Shown in pieces: positions 56,691 to 64,000 of a stretch of 64,000 nt of DNA (the stretch's first letter is position 1; each line of letters begins with the position of its first letter). The position numbers were made by a program, and so were the translations under genes. A model generated the notes under the pieces. That model worked only from the letters and a program-made list of their open reading frames with translations, made no database searches and was not told the origin of the DNA. Source of the DNA: Candidatus Levyibacteriota bacterium (GTDB taxonomy: Bacteria > Patescibacteriota > Microgenomatia > Levybacterales > UBA12049); the NCBI GenBank assembly GCA_003152105.1, contig PLZJ01000002.1, forward strand, positions 533,682 through 597,681. Reading direction: 5' to 3'.

Positions 56691-57420
56691 GCTTCTATCT
56701 GTTATTGTGCCTGCATATAAACAAGGTAAAACCATAGAAGAAGATATTCGTTCATTGGTAACAACTCTTAAAACACTTCCCTATAATTTTGAATTAATAA
56801 TTGTTGTTGATGGGTTTATTGATAATACCTACAAAGTTGCTAAAAAAATGCACATCAAGGGACTCTTTGTAATTGGGTATGAGCAGAACCATGGTAAAGG
56901 GTATGCGATTCAATATGGAGTTTCAAAAGCTAAAGGAGATATAATTGGATTTATTGATGCAGGTATGGATATTAATCCAACGGAGATTGCTATTGCGCTC
57001 GATATCATGGAATGGAATAAGGCAGATATTGTCATCGGAAGCAAACTACATCCTGACTCAAAAGTAAAATATCCTTTGTGGAGACATATAACTTCATGGG
57101 GATATCGGTCATTACTATTTCTTTTATTTCATTTAAGCGTAAGAGATACGCAAGTTGGCTTAAAATTTTTTAGAAAAAAAGTAGCCAAAAAAGTTTTTCC
57201 TAAAATTTTAGTGAAAAAATTTGCTTTTGATGTTGAAGTTCTTGCAGTTGCAATATCTTATGGTTACAATAACATATATGAATCTCCAATCATCCTTAAT
57301 TTTAATGGTAAAGGGTCTATATCGTCGAGAAATTTTTGGAAAATAATTGGTTCAATGATGTGGGATACCGGTGCAGTATTTTATCGATTAAAGATACTTA
57401 GATATTATTCACGAAAATAA
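56674..57420 (+). CDS. GT2 polyprenyl-phosphate sugar synthase (DPM1/GtrB-like)
   Basis: LSVIVPAYKQ, LIIVVDGFIDNT, FIDAGMDINP, DTQVGLKFF. Confidence 0.8.
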   Translation: MMSKTKLLSVIVPAYKQGKTIEEDIRSLVTTLKTLPYNFELIIVVDGFIDNTYKVAKKMHIKGLFVIGYEQNHGKGYAIQYGVSKAKGDIIGFIDAGMDINPTEIAIALDIMEWNKADIVIGSKLHPDSKVKYPLWRHITSWGYRSLLFLLFHLSVRDTQVGLKFFRKKVAKKVFPKILVKKFAFDVEVLAVAISYGYNNIYESPIILNFNGKGSISSRNFWKIIGSMMWDTGAVFYRLKILRYYSRK

Positions 57421-57422
57421 AT

Positions 57423-58718
57423 ATGATTGACATAACGAAATTAAATAAATTTAAAGATAAAAATGTAGTTGTTTTTGGAGATATAATGCTTGATAAATAT
57501 ACTGATGGATTAGTTAATAGGATTTCTCCAGAAGCACCAGTTCCAGTACTCAAAAAATCAAAAGATACGTATACACTAGGTGGCGCTGCAAATGTAGCAA
57601 ATAATTTGATAGGACTTGGAGCGAGTGTCTTTTTAAGTGGAATAATTGGTACTGATGAAAACGGAAAAACTCTTCTCAATTTATTAAAGGAAAAAAAGAT
57701 AGATGCAACGCTTATTTATAAAGATAAAAATGTAGTCACTATTACTAAAAATAGAATACTTGGAAACAATCAACAACTAATTCGAATTGATGAAGAAAAT
57801 GACATAGCAGAAATTCCAAAGATTAAGGTTGCTGAGTTAAAAAACATAAAAAAAATTATTGCAAAATCTGACGTTGTTGTTCTCTCAGATTATGGTAAAG
57901 GGTATTTTAATAAAAAACTTGCAGCGCAGATAATTCAATTAGCAAAAAAACTAGATAAACTTATCTTAGTTGATTGTAAACCTGTAAACAAATCGTATTT
58001 TATAGGAGTAGATGTGATAAAACCAAACTTGAAAGAAGCAAAAGAAATGACGAGCGAGTCTTCGATTTCCGATATCGGCTCAAAACTTGTTAAATATTTT
58101 AAATCCAATATTGTGCTCACATCAGGAGGAGACGGCATATACTTATATGATAAAAAAGGGAAATCCACACATTTTTCTTCTCAAAAAGTGGAAGTGTTTG
58201 ATGTTAGTGGAGCAGGAGATACAGTGCTTGCTATGTTAGCTTTAACACTTGCTTCAAGCTTTACCTTACAAGATGCATCTTATCTTGCCAATTATGCAGC
58301 TGGTATTGTTGTGCAAAAACAAAGAACTGCTGCAATTTCATATGATGATTTGCTTAGTGTTTTACAAGAAGATAGTCATTTAGATAAAGTTGCTATTGTT
58401 CCAAAATTATGGGGATATGAGAAATGGATTGAGAATAATGAGATGTACTGCTCAAAACTACTGTATTTAAAAAAAGGATATCAATGCAGTTTGCATTACC
58501 ATAAAATAAAAGATGAAATGTTTATTGTCACCAGTGGTCATGTAAGACTTGAAGTAGATGACAAAGTTGTTTATTTACGAACAGGAAATTTTCAACGTAT
58601 TAAGGCTTTAACAAAACACAGATTTTTGGGCTTAGAAGAGTCAACTATAATTGAAGTAAGTACGCAACATTTTGAAGATGATTCTTATAGAATTGAAGAG
58701 AGTAAAAAAGTTTCATGA
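57423..58718 (+). CDS. D-glycero-beta-D-manno-heptose-7-phosphate kinase (HldE domain I/HldA-like, ribokinase fold) fused to a C-terminal metal-binding cupin domain
   Basis: Kinase: VVVFGDIMLDKY…VPVLK, LGGAANVANNL, FDVSGAGDTV. Cupin from about 58389: G-x5-HYH-x4-E-x6-G (GYQCSLHYHKIKDEMFIVTSG) and a second His in LTKHRFLG. Confidence 0.8.
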   Translation: MIDITKLNKFKDKNVVVFGDIMLDKYTDGLVNRISPEAPVPVLKKSKDTYTLGGAANVANNLIGLGASVFLSGIIGTDENGKTLLNLLKEKKIDATLIYKDKNVVTITKNRILGNNQQLIRIDEENDIAEIPKIKVAELKNIKKIIAKSDVVVLSDYGKGYFNKKLAAQIIQLAKKLDKLILVDCKPVNKSYFIGVDVIKPNLKEAKEMTSESSISDIGSKLVKYFKSNIVLTSGGDGIYLYDKKGKSTHFSSQKVEVFDVSGAGDTVLAMLALTLASSFTLQDASYLANYAAGIVVQKQRTAAISYDDLLSVLQEDSHLDKVAIVPKLWGYEKWIENNEMYCSKLLYLKKGYQCSLHYHKIKDEMFIVTSGHVRLEVDDKVVYLRTGNFQRIKALTKHRFLGLEESTIIEVSTQHFEDDSYRIEESKKVS

Positions 58719-59716
58719 ATAATCTTATAGCAACTGAGAAAGACCTTCTTTCAACAATCAAGACAATAAGAAAAAATAATCAAACAATAGTGACATATAA
58801 TGGTAGTTTTGATTTGTTGCATATAGGACACATACGTTCTATTCATGAAGCAAAACAACAAGGGGATATTCTCATAGTGCTACTTAATTCTGATAACTCA
58901 GTTAAAAAATATAAAGGATCGAGCAGACCTATTATTGGTGAAAATGATCGAGCAGAAATGTTGCTTTCTTTAAAAGATGTTGATTATGTATATATTTTTG
59001 ATGCAATAAATCCTAAATCAATATTAGAACTTATAAAACCTACTGTACATTGTAATGGATCTGATTGGGGTAAGGATTGTGTAGAAAAAGATGTGGTAGA
59101 AAAAAATGGAGGTAGCGTACATGTACTTTCATGGAACGAAGGAAGCTCAACCTCGAATCTTATAGCGAAAATTATAAGTGCAAACAAAATTCCACCTAAG
59201 AAAGCTGTATTTATCGATAGAGATGGCACTATAAATGATAATAAAAATGGATATGTGCATACAAAAGAAGAATTTTCACTGCTTCCTGGTGTTGAAACAG
59301 CACTTAAAGCTTTAGGTGCATCTGATTTTTTAATAATTATCATAACAAATCAGTCAGGTATAAGTCGTGGTATGTATACCGAAGAAGAGTATGTTTTATT
59401 TGAAAAATGGTTTATGAGTGAAATGGAAAGAAGAAAAATTCGTATTGATAAAATTTATCATTGCCCACATGGATCTTTTGATAATTGTTCTTGTCGGAAA
59501 CCAGGGAGTGGAATGTTGTTTCAAGCAGTTACTGATTTTGATATTAGTTTAAATGACAGTTGGATGATTGGTGATAGTGAAGTAGATATTATTTTAGGAA
59601 GAGAAGTTAATACAAAAACAATTAAACTTGGCACACCTATGAGCAAGAGCACTAATCTAGAACCTAATTATTATGCCAACAGTCTAACTGACGCGATTGC
59701 TCTCATTTTGAAATAA
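58715..59716 (+). CDS. D-glycero-beta-D-manno-heptose-1-phosphate adenylyltransferase (HldE domain II/HldC-like) fused to D,D-heptose-1,7-bisphosphate phosphatase (GmhB)
   Basis: Nucleotidyltransferase: NGSFDLLHIGHI (HxGH). HAD phosphatase from about 59200: FIDRDGTIN, CSCRKPGSGM, GDSEVD. Confidence 0.8.
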   Translation: MNNLIATEKDLLSTIKTIRKNNQTIVTYNGSFDLLHIGHIRSIHEAKQQGDILIVLLNSDNSVKKYKGSSRPIIGENDRAEMLLSLKDVDYVYIFDAINPKSILELIKPTVHCNGSDWGKDCVEKDVVEKNGGSVHVLSWNEGSSTSNLIAKIISANKIPPKKAVFIDRDGTINDNKNGYVHTKEEFSLLPGVETALKALGASDFLIIIITNQSGISRGMYTEEEYVLFEKWFMSEMERRKIRIDKIYHCPHGSFDNCSCRKPGSGMLFQAVTDFDISLNDSWMIGDSEVDIILGREVNTKTIKLGTPMSKSTNLEPNYYANSLTDAIALILK

Positions 59717-59723
59717 TATACTG

Positions 59724-60704
59724 ATGTCAAATATAAAAGATTATTCTAGTCCAATAATTATTACAGGAGGAGCGGGATTTATAGGTTCTAATTTAGTCAA
59801 ATCCTTAAATGATAAAGGTATTTTTGATATTTATATAGTAGATGATTTGAATTCCCACTTTAAGAAATCTTATCTTGAAAAACTAATATATATAAAATAT
59901 TTTGATAAGAAAGATTTTCGAAAATTACTCCAAAATAAACAACTTCCAAAAGCTGAGTCAATTATTCATTTAGGAGCATGTTCTGATACGACTGAATATA
60001 ATATGCAATATTTATTAGACAATAATGTTGCATATAGTAAAGACATATTTAAATATTGTTTAGATTCAGGAATAAAGTTTATCTATGCATCTTCTGCGGC
60101 AGTCTACGGTGATGGTGTAAATGGATATAACGAAAATGTGACAAAGCTATGGCCTTTAAATCCTTATGCAAAATCTAAATACTTGTTTGATGAATGGGTT
60201 ATAAAAAAATCACATAAACCCTCAACGTGCGTAGGTCTTCGATTTTTTAATGTTTACGGACCCAATGAGTTTCACAAAGGGAAAATGGCTTCAATGGTTT
60301 TTCAAGCATTTAATCAAGTGAATGATAATGGGGCGATTCGATTATTTAAATCTTACAATAAAAAATATGCTGATGGAGCGCAACAGCGAGATTTTATATA
60401 TGTTTGCGATGTTGTAGATGTTATAGAATTTTTTCTAAAACAAAAAAATAGCACTGGTATTTTTAATGTTGGTTCAGGAAAAGCCAGATCTTTTAATGAT
60501 TTAGCAAAAGCATTATTTAAATCTATGCAAAAAGATGAAAACATACAATATATTGCAATGCCAAAGTCGCTGATCGCAAAATATCAATATTTTACACAAG
60601 CTGACTTAGATCATTTACGAAGTGCAGGATATAAAGGCAGTTTTACTACTATAGAAGAAGGAATTAGAAAATACGTACAAGAGTATTTACAAAAAACTCC
60701 CTAA
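59724..60704 (+). CDS. hldD: ADP-L-glycero-D-manno-heptose 6-epimerase
   Basis: IIITGGAGFIGSNLVKSLNDKG, HLGACSDTTE, YASSAAVYGDG, catalytic NPYAKSKY. The sequence follows the HldD/RfaD pattern along its whole length. Confidence 0.9.
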   Translation: MSNIKDYSSPIIITGGAGFIGSNLVKSLNDKGIFDIYIVDDLNSHFKKSYLEKLIYIKYFDKKDFRKLLQNKQLPKAESIIHLGACSDTTEYNMQYLLDNNVAYSKDIFKYCLDSGIKFIYASSAAVYGDGVNGYNENVTKLWPLNPYAKSKYLFDEWVIKKSHKPSTCVGLRFFNVYGPNEFHKGKMASMVFQAFNQVNDNGAIRLFKSYNKKYADGAQQRDFIYVCDVVDVIEFFLKQKNSTGIFNVGSGKARSFNDLAKALFKSMQKDENIQYIAMPKSLIAKYQYFTQADLDHLRSAGYKGSFTTIEEGIRKYVQEYLQKTP

Positions 60705-60706
60705 CT

Positions 60707-61768
60707 ATGAAAATAGCAGTGCTTTGTTTGCCTGGAATTGGTGATGCCTTGATGGCTACTCCAATGATTTCTCTGCTCCGAAAAAATTACCCTAGCGCTC
60801 GAATAGATATTATTTGTATGTTTGATGGGGTGTCTTACATTTTTGAAACGAACAAAGATATTTCACATACCTTTAAACTCTCTTTGTACAAAGAGAACAA
60901 AATAAAAGGATTAATTCAGATATATAAACTTAGAAAACAAAAGTATGATATTTCAATTATGGCTTTTCCAGCATTTAGACGGGAATATAATTTAGTTCAT
61001 TATATTGTAGGCGCAAAGAAACGTATTGCTCATTCATTTACCCACGGATACTTTTCCGAATTTACTTTTTTAAATAACACAACAATTCCGTTTGACGGAA
61101 AAGAGCATAATGTAATAAATAATTTAAATCTTTTAAATAGCTTACAAATAAAATGGAATGATACAATAAAGCGAAATACTATATCGTATTTGTTGCACTT
61201 ACAGCATAAAGATGTTCTATTTGGCACTCATTACATTGCATCTAAAGGCCTGGCAAATAAAAAGCTTTTAGCAATACACCCTGGATCCATAAATTCTAAA
61301 GCAGGTTTATTAAAACGTTGGCCAATTAAAAATTACATAAATTTGATTAATACATTAGCAGATCGAAATTGTCACATATTACTTTTTGGAGGTCCTTTTG
61401 AAAAAGAAATAATTACTGAAATTACAAAATCCGTTAAAAAAAGTAGCTATCTTACGGTTGTGGATAATGTTACGTTTGGTCAAAGTCTTGGTATATTACA
61501 AAAAGCAAGATTGCTCATATCAAATGATAATGGTTTTGCTCATCTTGCAAACGCATTACAGATTAATGAACTTACGTTATTTGGACCAACTAATCCAATT
61601 TGGTGTAGTCCATATAATAAAAATTATGCTCATGTTATTAGGGAAGCATCATTTACTCCTTGGTTTCGTCCAGACATGAAAGTTACTACTCTTCCACGTT
61701 TTGCACCAAGTGGCATGGAATTAATAACTGTGGCAAGCGTATTGAATGTGTTAAAAAAGTTGTTATAA
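60707..61768 (+). CDS. GT9 family ADP-heptose-dependent heptosyltransferase (WaaC/WaaF/WaaQ-like)
   Basis: MKIAVLCLPGIGDALMATPMISLLRK N-terminus. C-terminal HPGS…KRWP and DNGFAHLA motifs typical of GT9. Confidence 0.8.
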   Translation: MKIAVLCLPGIGDALMATPMISLLRKNYPSARIDIICMFDGVSYIFETNKDISHTFKLSLYKENKIKGLIQIYKLRKQKYDISIMAFPAFRREYNLVHYIVGAKKRIAHSFTHGYFSEFTFLNNTTIPFDGKEHNVINNLNLLNSLQIKWNDTIKRNTISYLLHLQHKDVLFGTHYIASKGLANKKLLAIHPGSINSKAGLLKRWPIKNYINLINTLADRNCHILLFGGPFEKEIITEITKSVKKSSYLTVVDNVTFGQSLGILQKARLLISNDNGFAHLANALQINELTLFGPTNPIWCSPYNKNYAHVIREASFTPWFRPDMKVTTLPRFAPSGMELITVASVLNVLKKLL

Positions 61769-61809
61769 TTAGGTATCAAAATTATAGTTGAGTTTAGAAT
61801 TTTTCAATC

Positions 61810-62664
61810 ATGACCAAAAATCCATTAGTTTCAATCATAATTCCTACATATAATAGACAAATGTATGTTCCGGCTTGTTTAGAATCAATTAAAAATCAAA
61901 CATACAAAAATATACAAACAATAATTGTTGATCAAGATAGCAGTGATGATACTCCAAAAATTGCGAAAAAATATGGTGCTCTTGTTATAAAAAGATCCAG
62001 ACCTAAGTTTTATTCACCCCCCAGTAAATCTAGAAATATGGGATTTAAAGAATCCAAAGGTGAAATTATAGTACATTTAGACAGCGATATGGAATTATCA
62101 CCAAAGCTTATAGAAGAAGCAGTAAATCTTTTAACCACTGGTAATTATGGAGCACTAGTAGTTCATGAAATTGATAAAACAAAAGGCTTTTGGAGTAAAT
62201 GTAAATCTTTGGAAAGGAGATGTTATTGGGGAAACTTGAATATCGAAGCGGCAAGAATTGTTACAAGAAAAGTTTTTAAAGAGGTTGGTGGCTATGATGA
62301 AGGTCTTAATTCAGGAGATGATTTAAATGTTTCAAAAAGATACATCAAAAAAGCACATGTTGGATTTTGTAAAAACATACTTTATCATAATATCGGAGAT
62401 TTAGACTTTATGAAGTTAATGTTAAAAAAATTTAATTACGGTAAAACTTCACCAAAATATTTTCGAAAAACAAAATCAAGTCCGGTTGGATATTTTATTG
62501 AGGAATATAAATGCTTTGCAAAAAACTATTTATTATTACTTCGTAATCCTATTGTAGGAATAGGGATGTTATTTATGAAGACTTCTGAAATATTATTTGG
62601 ATTCTTAGGTTATACAGTTGATAGATATAAAATTAATCTTAACTGGAATATATATGAAAAATAA
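61810..62664 (+). CDS. GT2 family glycosyltransferase
   Basis: VSIIIPTYNR, IIVDQDSSDDT, HLDSDMEL. Confidence 0.8.
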   Translation: MTKNPLVSIIIPTYNRQMYVPACLESIKNQTYKNIQTIIVDQDSSDDTPKIAKKYGALVIKRSRPKFYSPPSKSRNMGFKESKGEIIVHLDSDMELSPKLIEEAVNLLTTGNYGALVVHEIDKTKGFWSKCKSLERRCYWGNLNIEAARIVTRKVFKEVGGYDEGLNSGDDLNVSKRYIKKAHVGFCKNILYHNIGDLDFMKLMLKKFNYGKTSPKYFRKTKSSPVGYFIEEYKCFAKNYLLLLRNPIVGIGMLFMKTSEILFGFLGYTVDRYKINLNWNIYEK

Positions 62665-63853
62665 ACATTCGAGAATGTATATTTTTGCATATAATGTTGA
62701 ACCGAATGGAATATCGGGAGGAGAAACAATTTTAATCGAAACATTTAAACGTATTGCTTCACGATTTACTTATGTTGATATTTATTGTTGGGGACCTTCA
62801 CATGATTTGTACACAACTTATGGTTTAGTTGGGGTAAATTATATTATTTCTCCTATTCTGGTTATAAAAAATTTTTACGCTTCATTTATTTTACGAACTT
62901 TTTTTGGAATATATAAAGGCATAACGCTTCATATTAATAAAGATGAGGTAAATTATTTATATTTTTCTTCTGATTTTTTGCCGGATGCATTAGCGGTAAT
63001 ACTATTAAAACTTAGATATCCTAAATCTATATTTATAGGAAATTTTTTTCTTGCAGCGCCTAATCCATTTAAAGGTTTTAACGAAAACGGAAGAATAAGA
63101 TTCCCTAGTCTTAATGGTATTTTTTTTTGGATTACACAAAAGCCAGTTTATTTTTTCACAAAATATTATGCAGATTTAATTTTAATTACGAGTTTGCCCG
63201 ATATTATTCGTTTTCCTAAACAGAGTAAGAAAGATGCGTATTATATTGTTAAAGGTGGTGTTAATTTAGAAAGTATACGTAAATTTGAGAAAAAAAATAA
63301 AAATATCAAAAAAGAAAATGACGCGATATTTATTGGTAGATTTCATCCACAAAAAGGCGTATCGCAACTTATTGATATCTGGAAATTAGTTGTAAGAAAA
63401 AAACCCGATGCTCGATTAGTAATGATTGGAGACGGTCCACTTTTTAAAACAATTAAAAATAAAATCAAAATATTACAGTTAACTAAAAACATTATTCTTA
63501 CTGGTTATATATTTGATGCCACAAAAAGATATATGTTGTACATGCAAAGTAAAATAATTCTTCATCCGGCGGTGTATGATAGCGGAGGAATGGCAATTAC
63601 AGAAGCTATGGCGCTTGGTCTTCCAGGCATTTCATTTGATTTAGAGGCATTAAAAACATATTATCCCACTGGAGTACTAAAAGTAACACTTAATGATTTT
63701 GCAGGATTTGCTGATAAAATTATTGCACTTTTAGATAATCAAACTCTATATCGTAAGACGCAAATCAACGCAATTTCACTCATAGAGTCTGAATGGGATT
63801 GGAATAAACGTGCAACAGAACTTGCAGATAAGATATTTTCAATTAAAAAGTAA
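62654..63853 (+). CDS. GT4 family (GT-B) glycosyltransferase
   Basis: GRFHPQKG…GGMAITEAMALGLPGISFDLE (E-x7-E). First in-frame ATG is 62654; the track start 62618 overlaps the upstream gene. Confidence 0.75.
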   Translation: MKNKHSRMYIFAYNVEPNGISGGETILIETFKRIASRFTYVDIYCWGPSHDLYTTYGLVGVNYIISPILVIKNFYASFILRTFFGIYKGITLHINKDEVNYLYFSSDFLPDALAVILLKLRYPKSIFIGNFFLAAPNPFKGFNENGRIRFPSLNGIFFWITQKPVYFFTKYYADLILITSLPDIIRFPKQSKKDAYYIVKGGVNLESIRKFEKKNKNIKKENDAIFIGRFHPQKGVSQLIDIWKLVVRKKPDARLVMIGDGPLFKTIKNKIKILQLTKNIILTGYIFDATKRYMLYMQSKIILHPAVYDSGGMAITEAMALGLPGISFDLEALKTYYPTGVLKVTLNDFAGFADKIIALLDNQTLYRKTQINAISLIESEWDWNKRATELADKIFSIKK

Positions 63854-63856
63854 TTA

Positions 63857-64000
63857 TGTTTACGATTTTACATAAAATTAAACATGTTTGTAATTATCTA
63901 CTGAAAAAAATAGGACTTTATGATGTTTTTCATAAAACCATTATTAAACTTTTTAGTAAAAGAGAAATACTTTCAAGGAAATATTTATACGGAAAAGGGA
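63857..64000 (+). CDS. Hypothetical protein, N-terminal 48 codons only (cut off by window end)
   Basis: ATG 3 nt after the previous stop. Open to the window end. Continues the + strand operon. Confidence 0.3.

Noticed and set aside
31656-61227. Numerous short minus-strand ORFs within the glycosylation cluster (e.g. 31656..31883, 33089..33361, 37050..37367, 44705..45031, 48258..48527, 53016..53234, 57935..58168, 58984..59343, 61030..61227)
   Set aside because: All are antisense to long + strand genes that have clear family motifs, so they are treated as frame noise.
36106-62653. ORF-track starts at 36106, 42793, 31294, 23990, 8167, 7593 and 62618
   Set aside because: These are TTG or GTG codons, or starts that overlap upstream genes or promoters. 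The downstream in-frame ATGs (36112, 42847, 31318, 24023, 8188, 7608, 62654) are better supported by SD sequences or -10 box spacing.
1-64000. Search for CRISPR arrays, transposases, integrases, phage genes
   Set aside because: No regularly spaced direct repeats, no IS-like inverted terminal repeats with a transposase ORF, and no integrase were seen anywhere in the window.

Overview
This is a low-GC (roughly 30% by eye), gene-dense bacterial window. Promoters are sigma70-like, Lon is the bacterial LonA type, and an ADP-heptose pathway is present. The content resembles a Patescibacteria/CPR-like or other small-genome low-GC bacterium, but that is an inference.

The first ~21.9 kb is mixed housekeeping and accessory content. 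It holds an orphan CheY-like receiver, two overlapping divergent GNATs, pterin-4a-carbinolamine dehydratase, and Lon with a CIRCE-like operator over its promoter. It also holds an ABC-2 exporter pair, several uncharacterised proteins, and an HX4D-acyltransferase fused to a Rossmann domain. The remainder is a GT-C-like membrane protein, an M16 peptidase, an OafA-like acyltransferase, and other small genes.

A tRNA-Glu(CUC) on the minus strand at 21854..21926 marks a sharp transition. From 22026 to the window end (>42 kb, truncated) all ~34 ORFs are on the + strand, many with ATGA or short start/stop overlaps. I read this as a glycosylation supercluster. It contains four DPM1/GtrB-like polyprenyl-phosphate-sugar synthases, two Wzx-like flippases, several GT2 and GT4 enzymes and GalE. 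It contains at least 16 large polytopic membrane proteins falling into about five paralog families, and several of them carry ArnT/PMT- or YfhO-type motifs. The visible tail holds an ADP-heptose module with non-canonical fusions (HldA kinase + metal-binding cupin; HldC adenylyltransferase + GmhB phosphatase), HldD, and a GT9 heptosyltransferase.

My interpretation is an extracytoplasmic assembly line for a heptose-containing lipoglycan, surface glycan or protein glycan, run from lipid-linked sugar donors and comparable to GT-C-driven pathways in other bacteria. I also see pervasive leaderless promoter architecture, with an extended -10 element 6-10 nt upstream of the ATG at many genes. No CRISPR array, transposase or integrase was seen. 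Family names rest on motif-level reading without database searches and are hypotheses.
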